A stretch of DNA of 64,000 nt from an uncultured Bacilli bacterium (GTDB taxonomy: Bacteria; Bacillota_I; Bacilli_A; RF39; UBA660). The DNA lies in the NCBI GenBank assembly GCA_934086315.1, contig CAKOHZ010000001.1, positions 472,737 through 536,736 on the forward strand. Reading direction: 5' to 3'. The translations under genes and the position numbers were made by a program. The notes below the pieces were generated by a model. That model ran no database searches. It saw only the letters and a program-made list of their open reading frames with translations, and was not told the DNA's origin. Of this stretch, positions 17,147 through 27,924 are shown one piece after another; within the stretch, counting starts at the first letter, position 1; each line of letters starts with the position of its first letter.

Positions 17147-19066
17147 ATGATTATGGCAGAACATGAATATAATGAAAAATCAATTAAGATATTAGAAGGT
17201 CTTGAAGCTGTACGTAAAAGACCTGGTATGTATATAGGAAGCACTGATAAAAGAGGACTTCATCATTTAGTATGGGAAATTGTTGATAACTCAATAGATG
17301 AGGCTATAAATGGTTATGGTAAAAAAATAACTGTAACACTTACTAAAAGTGGAAGTGTAAGAGTTAGTGATGAAGGACGTGGAGTACCTATTGGAAAACA
17401 TTCATCAGGTAAATCAACACCAGAAGTTATCTATACTGTATTACACGCAGGTGGTAAATTCGAAACAGATGGATACAAAGTATCTGGTGGTCTACATGGT
17501 GTAGGTTCTTCAGTAGTAAACGCATTATCTAAATGGATGAAAGTAACTATATGTAGAGAAGGAAAAATATGTGAAATATCATTTAAAAATGGTGGACACG
17601 TAGATAAAGAACTAAAACAAATAGGTACAACTAAACAAACTGGTACAACAGTTGAATTTTATCCAGACGAAGAAATATTTGGTAATGCTAGATTCAGCTA
17701 CACTACCATATGTGAAAGAATGCAAGAAAGCGCATTTCTTATAAATGGACTAACTATGGAAGTTATCGATGAAGAAGATGACAAACATAGTGTATTTAGT
17801 TATGACAACGGACTTGTATCATTCGTAGAATACGTAAATGAAGGAAAAGAACCACTACATAAAACAATAAGTTTCAGTGGGGAAAAGAATGGTATTGAAG
17901 TAGATATCGCTATGCAATACACAAACACATATAATGAAAACATAATGTCATTTGTTAATAACGTTAAAACTGTAGATGGTGGTAGTCACGAAGTAGGATA
18001 TAAAACAGCACTTACTAAAGTATTTAATGAATATATTAAAAGCAATAACTTATTAAAGAGTAAAGATGGTTTAGATGGAACAGATACTCGTGAAGGTCTA
18101 ACAGCAATAATAAGTTTAAAAATACCAGAAAATCTATTACAATTCGAAGGACAAACTAAAGGTAAACTAGGAACTCCTCAAGCAAGAACAGTAGTAGAAA
18201 GTATAGTATATGAAAAACTATCTTATTATTTAGAAGAAAACAAAGAAGCAGCTACTGCTATAATGGATAAAGCTTTAAAAAGTAAACTTGCCCGTGAAGC
18301 AGCACGAAAAGCAAGAGCAGAAGCAAGAGCTGGAAAAGGTAAGAGTGGCCGTGAAAAAGTACTTCTTGGCAAACTTACACCTGCTCAAAGTAAAGAATAT
18401 AATAAAAACGAATTATTCATAGTCGAAGGAAACAGTGCTGGTGGTACAGCAAAAAGTGGCCGTGATAAACGTCATCAAGCAATACTACCACTAAGAGGTA
18501 AAATAATTAACTGTGAAAAATCAACAGTAGCAGACCTTTTCAAAAATGAAGAAATAAATACAATAGTTCATGCAATAGGAGCAGGAGTAGGAGCAGAATT
18601 TGACTACACCGAATCAAACTATGGAAAAGTCATAATAATGACCGATGCCGATGATGATGGAGCTCATATTCAAACGTTACTTCTAACATTCTTCTATAGA
18701 TGGATGAGAGACTTAATAGAACATGGAATGCTTTATATAGCAGTACCGCCTCTATACTTAGTTAAATATGGAAAAGATAAAAAATATATAAATACAAACG
18801 AAGAATTAAATGAATTCAAAGATACATTCAAAGGAAAATATACTATTCAAAGATACAAAGGACTTGGTGAAATGAATGCAGACCAATTGTGGGAAACAAC
18901 AATGGATCCAGCTACTCGTACACTGGTTAAAATCAAAATAGATGATAAAGCACTAGCCGAAAAAAGAGTAGGAGTCCTAATGGGAGATGACTCAGAAGTA
19001 CGTAAAGAATGGATAGAAGAAAATGTAGAATTCACACTTGAAGATGATTATAAAGGGGGTAAATAA
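17147..19066 (+). CDS. gyrB: DNA gyrase subunit B
   Basis: GHKL ATPase N-box, TOPRIM (EGNSAGG), 639 aa. Two ATGs (17147/17153) follow the SD. Confidence 0.9.
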   Translation: MIMAEHEYNEKSIKILEGLEAVRKRPGMYIGSTDKRGLHHLVWEIVDNSIDEAINGYGKKITVTLTKSGSVRVSDEGRGVPIGKHSSGKSTPEVIYTVLHAGGKFETDGYKVSGGLHGVGSSVVNALSKWMKVTICREGKICEISFKNGGHVDKELKQIGTTKQTGTTVEFYPDEEIFGNARFSYTTICERMQESAFLINGLTMEVIDEEDDKHSVFSYDNGLVSFVEYVNEGKEPLHKTISFSGEKNGIEVDIAMQYTNTYNENIMSFVNNVKTVDGGSHEVGYKTALTKVFNEYIKSNNLLKSKDGLDGTDTREGLTAIISLKIPENLLQFEGQTKGKLGTPQARTVVESIVYEKLSYYLEENKEAATAIMDKALKSKLAREAARKARAEARAGKGKSGREKVLLGKLTPAQSKEYNKNELFIVEGNSAGGTAKSGRDKRHQAILPLRGKIINCEKSTVADLFKNEEINTIVHAIGAGVGAEFDYTESNYGKVIIMTDADDDGAHIQTLLLTFFYRWMRDLIEHGMLYIAVPPLYLVKYGKDKKYINTNEELNEFKDTFKGKYTIQRYKGLGEMNADQLWETTMDPATRTLVKIKIDDKALAEKRVGVLMGDDSEVRKEWIEENVEFTLEDDYKGGK

Positions 19067-21633
19067 TGGCTAAAGAAAAAGAAACAACAATTATAGAAAA
19101 GATAAATGACTTTGCCCTTGAAGAAATAATGGGAGAACGTTTTGGTAGATATGCTAAATACATAATTCAAGATAGAGCTCTTCCAGATGTTCGTGATGGA
19201 CTAAAACCAGTACAAAGAAGAATACTTTATTCAATGTACAAAGACAAAAATACATATGATAAAGAAACAAGAAAATCAGCAAAGACTGTGGGTAACGTTA
19301 TAGGTAACTACCATCCACATGGAGACACATCAGTATATGATGCGATGGTAAGACTTAGTCAAAAATGGAAACAAAGAGTAATACTTGTAGATATGCAAGG
19401 AAACAATGGTTCAATAGATGGTGATGGACCAGCCGCAATGCGTTATACTGAAGCAAGACTAGCTAAAATAAGTAATATACTTTTAGAAGATATAGAAAAA
19501 GATTCAGTAGAAATGGCTCTAACATTTGATGATTATAGTTATGAACCAACAGTACTTCCTGCATACTTTCCAAACCTTTTAGTAAATGGTTCAACTGGTA
19601 TAAGCGCAGGATATGCAACTAACATTCCACCACATAACTTAGGTGAAGTAATAGATGCCACTATTAAAAGAATAGATAGTCCAAACTGTAGATTAGATAC
19701 TATTATGGATATCGTAAAAGGTCCAGACTTCCCAACTGGAGGTATAGTCGAAGGAAAAGACGCTCTTATAAAAGCATACACTACAGGAAAAGGAAAAGTA
19801 GTAGTAAAAGCTAGATACAAATTTGAATCAGTAAAAGGTAAAGATCAAATCATAATAACAGAAATACCTTATGACACATTAAAATGTAATATAATTCGTA
19901 AGATTGAAGAAATAAGACTTGACAAAAAAATAGATGGTATCGTTGAAGTACGTGATGAATCTGATAAAAATGATGAACTTAGAATAGTAATAGACTTAAA
20001 AAAGGATGCTAATAAAGATTTAATAATAAATTACTTACTTAAAAACACAGACTTACAAACTAACTATGCATTTAATATGGTAGCTATAGTTAATAGAACA
20101 CCAAAAACACTAGGTATACTAGAAATGTTAGATGCATTTATAGTTCATAATAAAGAAGTAGTAACTAAAAGAACTAAATTTGATTTAGACGTTGACTTAA
20201 AGAAAATACATATTATTGAAGGTTTCATAAAAGCACTAGACATACTAGATGAAGTAATCAAAACTATTCGTAAAAGTAAAAATAAAAGTGACGCGATAGA
20301 AAATTTAATGCATGAATATGAATTTACTAAAGCACAAGCAGAAGCTATCGTAATGATGCAACTATATAAATTAACTAACACAGACGTAACAGAACTTAAA
20401 AATGAATTTGATGCTCTTACAAAAGAAATAGCTTACTTTAGAGAAATACTTGCTAGTGAAGAAAAACTAATGGGTGTTATTAAAGATAAACTAAGAAGTA
20501 TCAAGAAAGAATTTGCTGATCCTAGACGTACCACTATTAAAGATGAAGTAAGTGAAATCAAAATAGATACACTAGATATGATTAGTAAAGAAGACTTCAT
20601 AGTATGTATTTCTAATAATGGATATGTTAAGAAAGTATCATTAAAATCATATAATATGACTAATAATGAATATCCAGGCGTAAGAGAAAATGATTATATT
20701 GAAGGCTTCTATAAAATTAATAATGTTGATACAATATTGTTATTCACAAATTTAGGTAATTATTTATACTTACCAGTAAGAGAAATACAGGAAGCTAAAT
20801 ACAAAGATATAGGTAGCCATATATCAAATTATATTAAGGTTAGTGATGGAGAAAAAATAGTTAAATCTATTGGAGTGGCTAAATTCGATGACACAATAAT
20901 AACTGCATTTACTAAACTTGGTATGGTAAAACGAATGATACTTAAAGATTTTGAAGTATCAAGATATACTAAACCTATCGCAATGTTTAAACTAAAAGAT
21001 GGAGACGAACTAATATCTATAAATAAAAATGATGGAGAAGAAACATTAGTTTTAACAAAAGAAGGTAACGCTTTAAAATATAACACAAGTGAAATCCCAG
21101 TAGTGGGTCTTAGAACAAGCGGAGTTAAATCAATTAACTTAAGTGACAAAGACGAAGTAATTAGTGCATTTGTAGTAAGTCCATCAAAAGAATATGTAAC
21201 TTTATTCACTGATAGAAATACAGCCAAAAGAGTAAAAATAGATGAGATAGTAAAAACAACTAGAGCTAAAAAAGGTTCATCTATCATAAAGAGTCCAAAA
21301 TCAAAAGCATATAACTTATTTAGAGGATATAATACTAATTCAAAAACAATATTTGGAATACTTGATGGAGATATAGGTTATATGAAATCAAGCGATATAA
21401 ATATAATGGACAAACAAAGTGTTGGAAGTACAATAACTAAAAAGAATATAGAAGATATATTCGTAGTTACAAAACTTAAAGAAATAAAAATAAATAACGA
21501 AGAATCAAAAGAAATAAAAGAAGAAAAACAAGAAGTAAAAGAAGAAACAAAACCTAGTGAAGTAAAAAAAGAAAAGAAAGAAACTAAAAGTCAATTAACA
21601 ATGAGTGATTTCTTCGAAGAATTTAAAATATAG
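19066..21633 (+). CDS. gyrA: DNA gyrase subunit A
   Basis: Active-site region AAMRYTEARL, C-terminal beta-pinwheel repeats, 855 aa. Translationally coupled to gyrB. Confidence 0.9.
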   Translation: MAKEKETTIIEKINDFALEEIMGERFGRYAKYIIQDRALPDVRDGLKPVQRRILYSMYKDKNTYDKETRKSAKTVGNVIGNYHPHGDTSVYDAMVRLSQKWKQRVILVDMQGNNGSIDGDGPAAMRYTEARLAKISNILLEDIEKDSVEMALTFDDYSYEPTVLPAYFPNLLVNGSTGISAGYATNIPPHNLGEVIDATIKRIDSPNCRLDTIMDIVKGPDFPTGGIVEGKDALIKAYTTGKGKVVVKARYKFESVKGKDQIIITEIPYDTLKCNIIRKIEEIRLDKKIDGIVEVRDESDKNDELRIVIDLKKDANKDLIINYLLKNTDLQTNYAFNMVAIVNRTPKTLGILEMLDAFIVHNKEVVTKRTKFDLDVDLKKIHIIEGFIKALDILDEVIKTIRKSKNKSDAIENLMHEYEFTKAQAEAIVMMQLYKLTNTDVTELKNEFDALTKEIAYFREILASEEKLMGVIKDKLRSIKKEFADPRRTTIKDEVSEIKIDTLDMISKEDFIVCISNNGYVKKVSLKSYNMTNNEYPGVRENDYIEGFYKINNVDTILLFTNLGNYLYLPVREIQEAKYKDIGSHISNYIKVSDGEKIVKSIGVAKFDDTIITAFTKLGMVKRMILKDFEVSRYTKPIAMFKLKDGDELISINKNDGEETLVLTKEGNALKYNTSEIPVVGLRTSGVKSINLSDKDEVISAFVVSPSKEYVTLFTDRNTAKRVKIDEIVKTTRAKKGSSIIKSPKSKAYNLFRGYNTNSKTIFGILDGDIGYMKSSDINIMDKQSVGSTITKKNIEDIFVVTKLKEIKINNEESKEIKEEKQEVKEETKPSEVKKEKKETKSQLTMSDFFEEFKI

Positions 21634-21693
21634 AATTCCTTTATGGAATTCTTTTTTTATACATGTTATAATTATATAGAATAGAGGTCTTAT

Positions 21694-23472
21694 ATGAATA
21701 CAATATATATTTTTACTGGTATTATGTTTACACTACTTTTAATATTAGTTTTCAAAGTTAAAAAAAGAAATAATTTATTATCGAATAACACATTTTTTAT
21801 ACTATCACTTAGTTTGCTTATAGGTTTTATTTTAGAATTAATTATTAATTTTCTAAGTACAGCTGCATTAAATCAGGTGATATTAGAAATATATACTAAA
21901 CTATATTTAATATTTATAGTATGTTGGTTTTCAATATTTAGTGTTTATACATTTCTTATTAGTAAAAAAGACGATTCACTTAATAAAACAATTATGATTA
22001 TGTATGCACTTCTTACATTCATATCATCAGTATCAATCATACTGTTACCACTAAACATAGATACAAATAATTTTATATATTTAAGTGGTAATGCTGTAAA
22101 TATCTTTAAAGTATTACTTCCATCTATGCTATGTATTTTATATTTAAGAACTATTCTTAATAGAAAAGTAATATCAATCAAAAAATCTAACTATATTTAT
22201 ATAGCTCTTATACTCTTATCAATAAGTACATTTTTAGAAATAAAATATGAATTAAATATAATAACAACTATACTTTTATTCATAACATATTTACTCTTTT
22301 TAACAATAGAAAATCCAGCATTAAAAGAATATGAATTAATGGATAATATAAGAATAAAAGCATTAAAAGCTAACTTAAATAAAACAGACTTCTTAAGTAA
22401 TATAAGTCATGAACTAAGAACACCACTTACTTCAATAATTTCATCAATTGATGAAATTAAAACATATGATTTACCTAATGAATTAAAAGAAAACTTAAAT
22501 GATATTATAGATTCATCATCATCACTTTTAGATATAATAGGTAATGTAATAGATATAAATAAAATTGAAAATAAAGTTTATGATCTTAAAGAAAAGAATT
22601 ATAGCATTAAAGATCTAATAGAAAAAATAATTAAAGTAAATACTAAAAAATATAATAAAGAAAATGTGATATTCAGGTATTCAATATCAGAAAGTACTCC
22701 ACAAAATTTATATGGAGATAAAACAAAGATAAAAGAAATTATAAATAACATATTAGATAATTCATTTAAATATACAGAAAAAGGAAATATATCTTTAACC
22801 ATAGATAGTCAAATGGCAAATGATATTTGTAATTTAGTTATAGAAATAAAAGACACAGGTATAGGTATAAAGTCAGAAGATTTAAATAAGATATTTAATG
22901 GTGAAGATATAGATAACGATATTAATAATGAAATTGATAGAGATGGTTTAGGGTTGTTAGTATCTAAAAACTTAATAGAACTTTTAGGTGGAACTATAAA
23001 TGTAAATAGTTATTATGGAAGCGGAAGTGTATTTACTATTAAAATACCTCAAAAATTAGAAAATGAACTCAAAGTTATAGAAGAAAATAACACAATAAAA
23101 TTCAATAATAAAAAAATATTATTAGTCGATGACGATAGATTCAATAATAGAATTTTAAAAAGATTATTAAATATTTATAACATAGAGTTAGATGTATGTG
23201 AAAGAGGTATAGAATGTATTGATAAAATTAATTCTGGCAAACACTATGATTTAATACTTATGGATATAATGATGCCTGATATAAACGGAGTAGACACATT
23301 TAAAAAATTAAAATCAAATAAAAACTTCGATACAAAAGTAGTAGCTTTAACAGCAGATGCTCTTTCAACATCAAAAAATAAATACTTAAAATTAGGATTT
23401 ACTGATTATATTGCAAAACCATTTAAAAAAGAGGAACTTGATCAAAAACTAAAAAAATTATTAGGAGATTAA
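21694..23472 (+). CDS. Hybrid sensor histidine kinase (multi-TM sensor, HisKA, HATPase_c, C-terminal receiver)
   Basis: H-box FLSNISHELRTPL, DTGIGI, GLGL G-boxes, and a receiver domain (LLVDDD...MDIMMPDINGVD...K). Confidence 0.8.
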   Translation: MNTIYIFTGIMFTLLLILVFKVKKRNNLLSNNTFFILSLSLLIGFILELIINFLSTAALNQVILEIYTKLYLIFIVCWFSIFSVYTFLISKKDDSLNKTIMIMYALLTFISSVSIILLPLNIDTNNFIYLSGNAVNIFKVLLPSMLCILYLRTILNRKVISIKKSNYIYIALILLSISTFLEIKYELNIITTILLFITYLLFLTIENPALKEYELMDNIRIKALKANLNKTDFLSNISHELRTPLTSIISSIDEIKTYDLPNELKENLNDIIDSSSSLLDIIGNVIDINKIENKVYDLKEKNYSIKDLIEKIIKVNTKKYNKENVIFRYSISESTPQNLYGDKTKIKEIINNILDNSFKYTEKGNISLTIDSQMANDICNLVIEIKDTGIGIKSEDLNKIFNGEDIDNDINNEIDRDGLGLLVSKNLIELLGGTINVNSYYGSGSVFTIKIPQKLENELKVIEENNTIKFNNKKILLVDDDRFNNRILKRLLNIYNIELDVCERGIECIDKINSGKHYDLILMDIMMPDINGVDTFKKLKSNKNFDTKVVALTADALSTSKNKYLKLGFTDYIAKPFKKEELDQKLKKLLGD

Positions 23473-23473
23473 C

Positions 23474-24169
23474 ATGAAAGTAACAATTATTATTCCATCG
23501 TATAATCCAACTGAAAAGATAATAAAATTAGTTAATGAACTTAAAAAGAATTTTAGTGATATTTTAATAGTCGATGATGGAAGTACTAATGAAGCAAAAA
23601 AGATTTATGAAAATTTATCTAATGTAAAAATTATATATCATGATGTAAATAAAGGAAAAGGAGAAGCATTAAAAACTGCTATAAAAAGTTTAAAAAATAC
23701 TGATGCTTTTATAACAGTAGATGCAGACCTTCAACATAGTCCAAAAGATGTTTTAAGGATTCAAGAAGAGTTATTAAATAATGATATCATACTTGGTACA
23801 AGAAATTTCAATAAAAATAATATACCATTTACTAGTAAGTTTGGTAATAAGTTTTCATCACTTGTATTTAAAATTAAAACTGGTATAACTCTAAAAGATA
23901 CACAAACAGGTCTTAGAGGAATAAACATGAAATATAAAGATTTATGTTTGAGTACAAATGGTAGTAGATATGAATATGAAATGAACTTTCTTTATAACTT
24001 AGCCAAGAATAAAATAAATTTCAAATGTATAGATATAGACACTATATATGAAAACAATAATAAAGGTTCACACTTTCATGCGATTAGAGATTCATTACTA
24101 ATTCATAAATGGTTACTACCTTTGTTAATAATGCTGGTAATACTAATTATAATAATTATATTACATTAA
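23474..24169 (+). CDS. Family-2 glycosyltransferase (polyprenyl-phosphate sugar transferase-like) with C-terminal TM helix
   Basis: TIIIPSYNPTEK, the DDGSTN motif, DxD-like DADLQH. Start lies 2 nt after the kinase stop. Confidence 0.7.
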   Translation: MKVTIIIPSYNPTEKIIKLVNELKKNFSDILIVDDGSTNEAKKIYENLSNVKIIYHDVNKGKGEALKTAIKSLKNTDAFITVDADLQHSPKDVLRIQEELLNNDIILGTRNFNKNNIPFTSKFGNKFSSLVFKIKTGITLKDTQTGLRGINMKYKDLCLSTNGSRYEYEMNFLYNLAKNKINFKCIDIDTIYENNNKGSHFHAIRDSLLIHKWLLPLLIMLVILIIIIILH

Positions 24170-24183
24170 CTATAAGGAATTAA

Positions 24184-24204
24184 GAAGTACTAGTTACTTC
24201 TTTT
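24184..24204 (+). terminator. Terminator after the GT2 gene
   Basis: gaagta-ctagt-tacttc + tttt. Confidence 0.55.
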
Positions 24205-24211
24205 CAAATGT

Positions 24212-24240
24212 TTGACAAACAAAAAAATGAGTAGTATAAT
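24212..24240 (+). promoter_or_regulatory. Sigma-A promoter TTGACA-17-TATAAT for the asnS leader
   Basis: Consensus hexamers with a 17-nt spacer. Confidence 0.6.
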
Positions 24241-24254
24241 TGACGCATAAATCT

Positions 24255-24460
24255 TTGAAGTGGAGAAGTAATATATAGATGTTTTAAAGAGAGTTAGTGG
24301 CTGGTGAAAACTAATAAAACTATATATATGAATAACACCACTGAGTGGAACATTGAAATTCTAGTAAATGTTCTCGGTTAATCCGTTATAAAAATAAAGT
24401 TAATAAGAGGGATGGTACCGTCTATTTTTAGACTCCTTGTACTATCTCTCTTTTTTTGAA
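24255..24460 (+). ncRNA. T-box riboswitch leader (probable Asn specifier AAC)
   Basis: Stem I AGAGAG...GGTGAAAA elements, specifier-loop AUAACA, conserved T-box sequence agagGGATGGTACCGtc, and terminator gatggtac...gtactatc + T-tract directly upstream of asnS. Confidence 0.75.
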
Positions 24461-24479
24461 GAAAGGAAAGTGAAAATAT

Positions 24480-25859
24480 ATGGACGTTAAAGATTTATTT
24501 AAAGATATTTTAAAGTACGAAAATAAAGACGTTACTTTAGAAGGCTGGGTTCGTAATAATAGAAATCAATCAAATTTCGGATTCATTGATTTTAATGATG
24601 GAACTTATTTTCAAAGCTTACAATTAGTATATGAAAAAGAATTAAAAGGCTTTGATAGTATTAGTAAAATTAGAGTAGGAAGCGCTATAAGAGTAAATGG
24701 TACTATTGTTAAATCTGAAGGTAGTGGTCAAAGCCATGAAATGAAAGTTAAAAGTGTTGAAGTATTAGGAGATTCACCTGAAGATTATCCAATTCAACCA
24801 AAAAGACATACAAGAGAATTCTTAAGAGAAGTAGCATACTTAAGACCAAGAACTAATTTATTTAATGCAGTATTTAGAGTAAGAAGTGTAGCTGCTCAAG
24901 CAATACATGAATACTTCCAAAGTCATAACTATGTATATTTTCATAGTCCAATCATAACAGGAGCAGATTGTGAAGGATCAGGACAAATGTTCAAAATAAC
25001 TACTCTTGATATGAATAATCTTCCTTTAGGGGAAGATAAAAAAGTTGATTTTAAGAAAGATTTGTTTGGTAAACAAACATATATAACAGGTTCTGGTCAA
25101 CTTCATGGAGAAACTTTCGCTTTAGCGTACAAAAAGATATATACATTTGGTCCAACTATGAGAACAGAAAACTCAAATACTAAAACACATGCTAATGAAT
25201 TCTGGATGATTGAACCAGAAGTAGCATTCTGTGACCTAAATGGAATAATGGACATCGAAGAAGAAATGTTAAAATTCATAGTTAAATATGTTATGGACAA
25301 ATGTCCTTTAGAAATAGACTTCTTCGACAAATTCGTAGAGAAAGGATTAAAAGAAAAACTTACTAAAGTATTAAATACTAAGTTTGTACGTATTACTCAT
25401 AAAGAAGCAATTACTTTATTAAAAGAAGCTAAAGTTGACTTTGAATTCAAACCAGAATATGGCGAAGACATCGCTAAAGAACATGAAAAGTATATAACAG
25501 AACACTTTAATGGACCAGTATTTATTACTAATTGGCCAAAAGACATTAAAGCATTCTATATGAAATTAAATGAGGATAATGAAACAGTAGCAGCAGTTGA
25601 CTTAGAAGTACCAGGTTCTGGTGAACTAATGGGTGGAAGTCAAAGAGAAGATGACTACGATAAATTAATTAATAGAATGAAAGAAATGAATATACCAAGA
25701 GAAAACTTAGAATGGTATACTAACTTAAGAAGATTTGGAGGATGTTATCACTCAGGATTTGGTCTTGGATTTGAAAGACTTATTATGTACCTAACAGGTA
25801 TTGAAAACATAAGAGATGTAATTCCATATCCAAGAACACCTAATAACTGCGACTACTAA
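24480..25859 (+). CDS. asnS: Asparaginyl-tRNA synthetase
   Basis: Class IIb aaRS, 459 aa. N-terminal OB fold and QPKRHTREFLREVAYLRPRTN are typical of AsnRS. Confidence 0.8.
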   Translation: MDVKDLFKDILKYENKDVTLEGWVRNNRNQSNFGFIDFNDGTYFQSLQLVYEKELKGFDSISKIRVGSAIRVNGTIVKSEGSGQSHEMKVKSVEVLGDSPEDYPIQPKRHTREFLREVAYLRPRTNLFNAVFRVRSVAAQAIHEYFQSHNYVYFHSPIITGADCEGSGQMFKITTLDMNNLPLGEDKKVDFKKDLFGKQTYITGSGQLHGETFALAYKKIYTFGPTMRTENSNTKTHANEFWMIEPEVAFCDLNGIMDIEEEMLKFIVKYVMDKCPLEIDFFDKFVEKGLKEKLTKVLNTKFVRITHKEAITLLKEAKVDFEFKPEYGEDIAKEHEKYITEHFNGPVFITNWPKDIKAFYMKLNEDNETVAAVDLEVPGSGELMGGSQREDDYDKLINRMKEMNIPRENLEWYTNLRRFGGCYHSGFGLGFERLIMYLTGIENIRDVIPYPRTPNNCDY

Positions 25860-25870
25860 AAGGAGGAAAA

Positions 25871-27622
25871 ATGAAAACAAATAAATATCGTTCAATCATG
25901 ATTAGTGATATAACAAACGATATGGTAGGAAAAACTATAGTAGTTAGTGGCTGGGTTCAAAATATAAGAGATCACGGAGGAGTATTATTTTTAGACCTAA
26001 GAGATACAAGTGGAGTATTACAAACTGTATCAAACGATGACAATATGTTCAAAGGATTAGCTAAAGAATCAGTTATAAGATTAGAAGGAACACTTAGAAA
26101 AAGAAGTGTTGATACAATAAATGAAAAATTAAAAAGTGGAGAAGTAGAATTATTAGTAAGTATGTTAGATGTACTTGGTACTTCACTTCATGAACTACCA
26201 TTTGAAATAAGAGAAAGTAAAAGTGTAAGTGAAGACATAAGACTTAAATATAGATACTTAGATATGAGAAATGAAAAAGTAAAAGATAATATTTTACTTA
26301 GAAGTGAAATACTTCATTATTTAAGAAATAAAATGTATGATTTAAGTTTTACTGAAGTACAAACACCAATCTTAACAGCATCTAGTCCAGAGGGAGCAAG
26401 AGACTTTGTAGTACCAAGTAGAAACTTCAAAGGTAAATTCTATGCTCTTCCTCAAGCTCCACAAATATATAAAGAATTATTAATGGTTGGTGGCTTAGAT
26501 AAATATTTTCAAGTAGCTCCTTGCTTTAGAGATGAAGATGCAAGAAGCGACAGGACACTTGAATTCTACCAATTAGATTTAGAAATGAGTTACATAGAGG
26601 AAGAAGAAGTACTAGAACTAGGAGAAACACTATTCTATGATGTATTTAAAAAATATAGTAAAAAAGTTGTTTCACCAAAACCATTTAGAAGAATCAGCTA
26701 CAGAGACTCAATGGAAATGTATGGAATAGATAAACCAGACTTAAGAAACCCACTTATCATTAAAGATATAAGTGATATTCTAAAAAATACTACATTTGGA
26801 CCATTCAAAGGATCTATTATAAAATCAATAGTAGTAAAGGATATTGGGGATAAATCAAACTCATGGTTTAACGAAGTGGTTGATTATGCTAATAGTATAG
26901 GTATGCCAGGAATAGGTTATTTAACACTAACAAAAGAGCATACATTTAAAGGTCCAATAGATAAATTCTTAACAGACGTTGAAAGAGAAGATTTAATAAA
27001 ATACTTAGATATGAAAGAAAATGATGTAGTATTCTTTATAGCTAATAAAGTACTAAAAGTAGCTCAAAAGTTCGCAGGACTTATAAGAATAGAACTAGGA
27101 AGAAAACTAGAGTTAATAGATAAAAATAAAATAGAATTATGTATTATTAATGACTTCCCAATGTTTGAATATGATGATAAAACTAGAAAATATGAGTTCT
27201 GTCATAATCCATTTAGTCTTCCTCATGAAACAGATATAGAGTATAATAAAGATAATGTTGATAAAGTGTTAGCTTATCAATACGACTTCGTTTGTAATGG
27301 TAATGAAATGGCTAGTGGAGCTATTAGAAACAGTAACTTAGATTCATTGGTAAAAGGATTTGAAGTAGTAGGATACACTAAAGAAGAAGTTGAAAAACGT
27401 TTTAGTAGTTTATTCACTGCATTTAAATATGGTTGTCCACCTCATGGAGGAATGGCCCTTGGAATAGATAGAATACTAATGATTATTAAAGATGAAACAA
27501 ACCTAAGAGAAGTACAAGCATTCCCAGCAAGCACAAGTGGTCAAGACTTAATGATGGGAAGTCCTAGTACTTTAGAACCAAAACAATTAGAAGAATTGGG
27601 TATTAAAATAAAGGAGGAATAA
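25871..27622 (+). CDS. aspS: Aspartyl-tRNA synthetase
   Basis: 583 aa. FLDLRD, QSPQ-like QAPQIYKELLMVGG, FRDED, GGMALGIDR motifs. Confidence 0.9.
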   Translation: MKTNKYRSIMISDITNDMVGKTIVVSGWVQNIRDHGGVLFLDLRDTSGVLQTVSNDDNMFKGLAKESVIRLEGTLRKRSVDTINEKLKSGEVELLVSMLDVLGTSLHELPFEIRESKSVSEDIRLKYRYLDMRNEKVKDNILLRSEILHYLRNKMYDLSFTEVQTPILTASSPEGARDFVVPSRNFKGKFYALPQAPQIYKELLMVGGLDKYFQVAPCFRDEDARSDRTLEFYQLDLEMSYIEEEEVLELGETLFYDVFKKYSKKVVSPKPFRRISYRDSMEMYGIDKPDLRNPLIIKDISDILKNTTFGPFKGSIIKSIVVKDIGDKSNSWFNEVVDYANSIGMPGIGYLTLTKEHTFKGPIDKFLTDVEREDLIKYLDMKENDVVFFIANKVLKVAQKFAGLIRIELGRKLELIDKNKIELCIINDFPMFEYDDKTRKYEFCHNPFSLPHETDIEYNKDNVDKVLAYQYDFVCNGNEMASGAIRNSNLDSLVKGFEVVGYTKEEVEKRFSSLFTAFKYGCPPHGGMALGIDRILMIIKDETNLREVQAFPASTSGQDLMMGSPSTLEPKQLEELGIKIKEE

Positions 27623-27624
27623 TA

Positions 27625-27924
27625 ATGAGTAATTTCACAAAAGAAATGATAGATGACTATGCAGATAAATTACTTATTGGTTTAACTGAAGAAGAGAGAA
27701 CTAATATACAAGAAGAATTTGATGAAATAGAAAAAAACATGGATTTAATAAATAAAATACCAAATATCAAAGATACTGAACCACTTAGTTATTCATTTGA
27801 AATGATTCTAGAAGATTTAAGAGATGATGACGAAGTAGGAGAAGAAATTCCAATCGAAGAACTTCTAAGAAACTGTGATCAATATGAAGGCAGAGAAGTA
27901 GAAGTACCAAAGGTGGTGGGATAA
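27625..27924 (+). CDS. gatC: Glu/Asp-tRNA amidotransferase subunit C
   Basis: 99 aa, position and size match, coupled to gatA. Confidence 0.75.
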   Translation: MSNFTKEMIDDYADKLLIGLTEEERTNIQEEFDEIEKNMDLINKIPNIKDTEPLSYSFEMILEDLRDDDEVGEEIPIEELLRNCDQYEGREVEVPKVVG

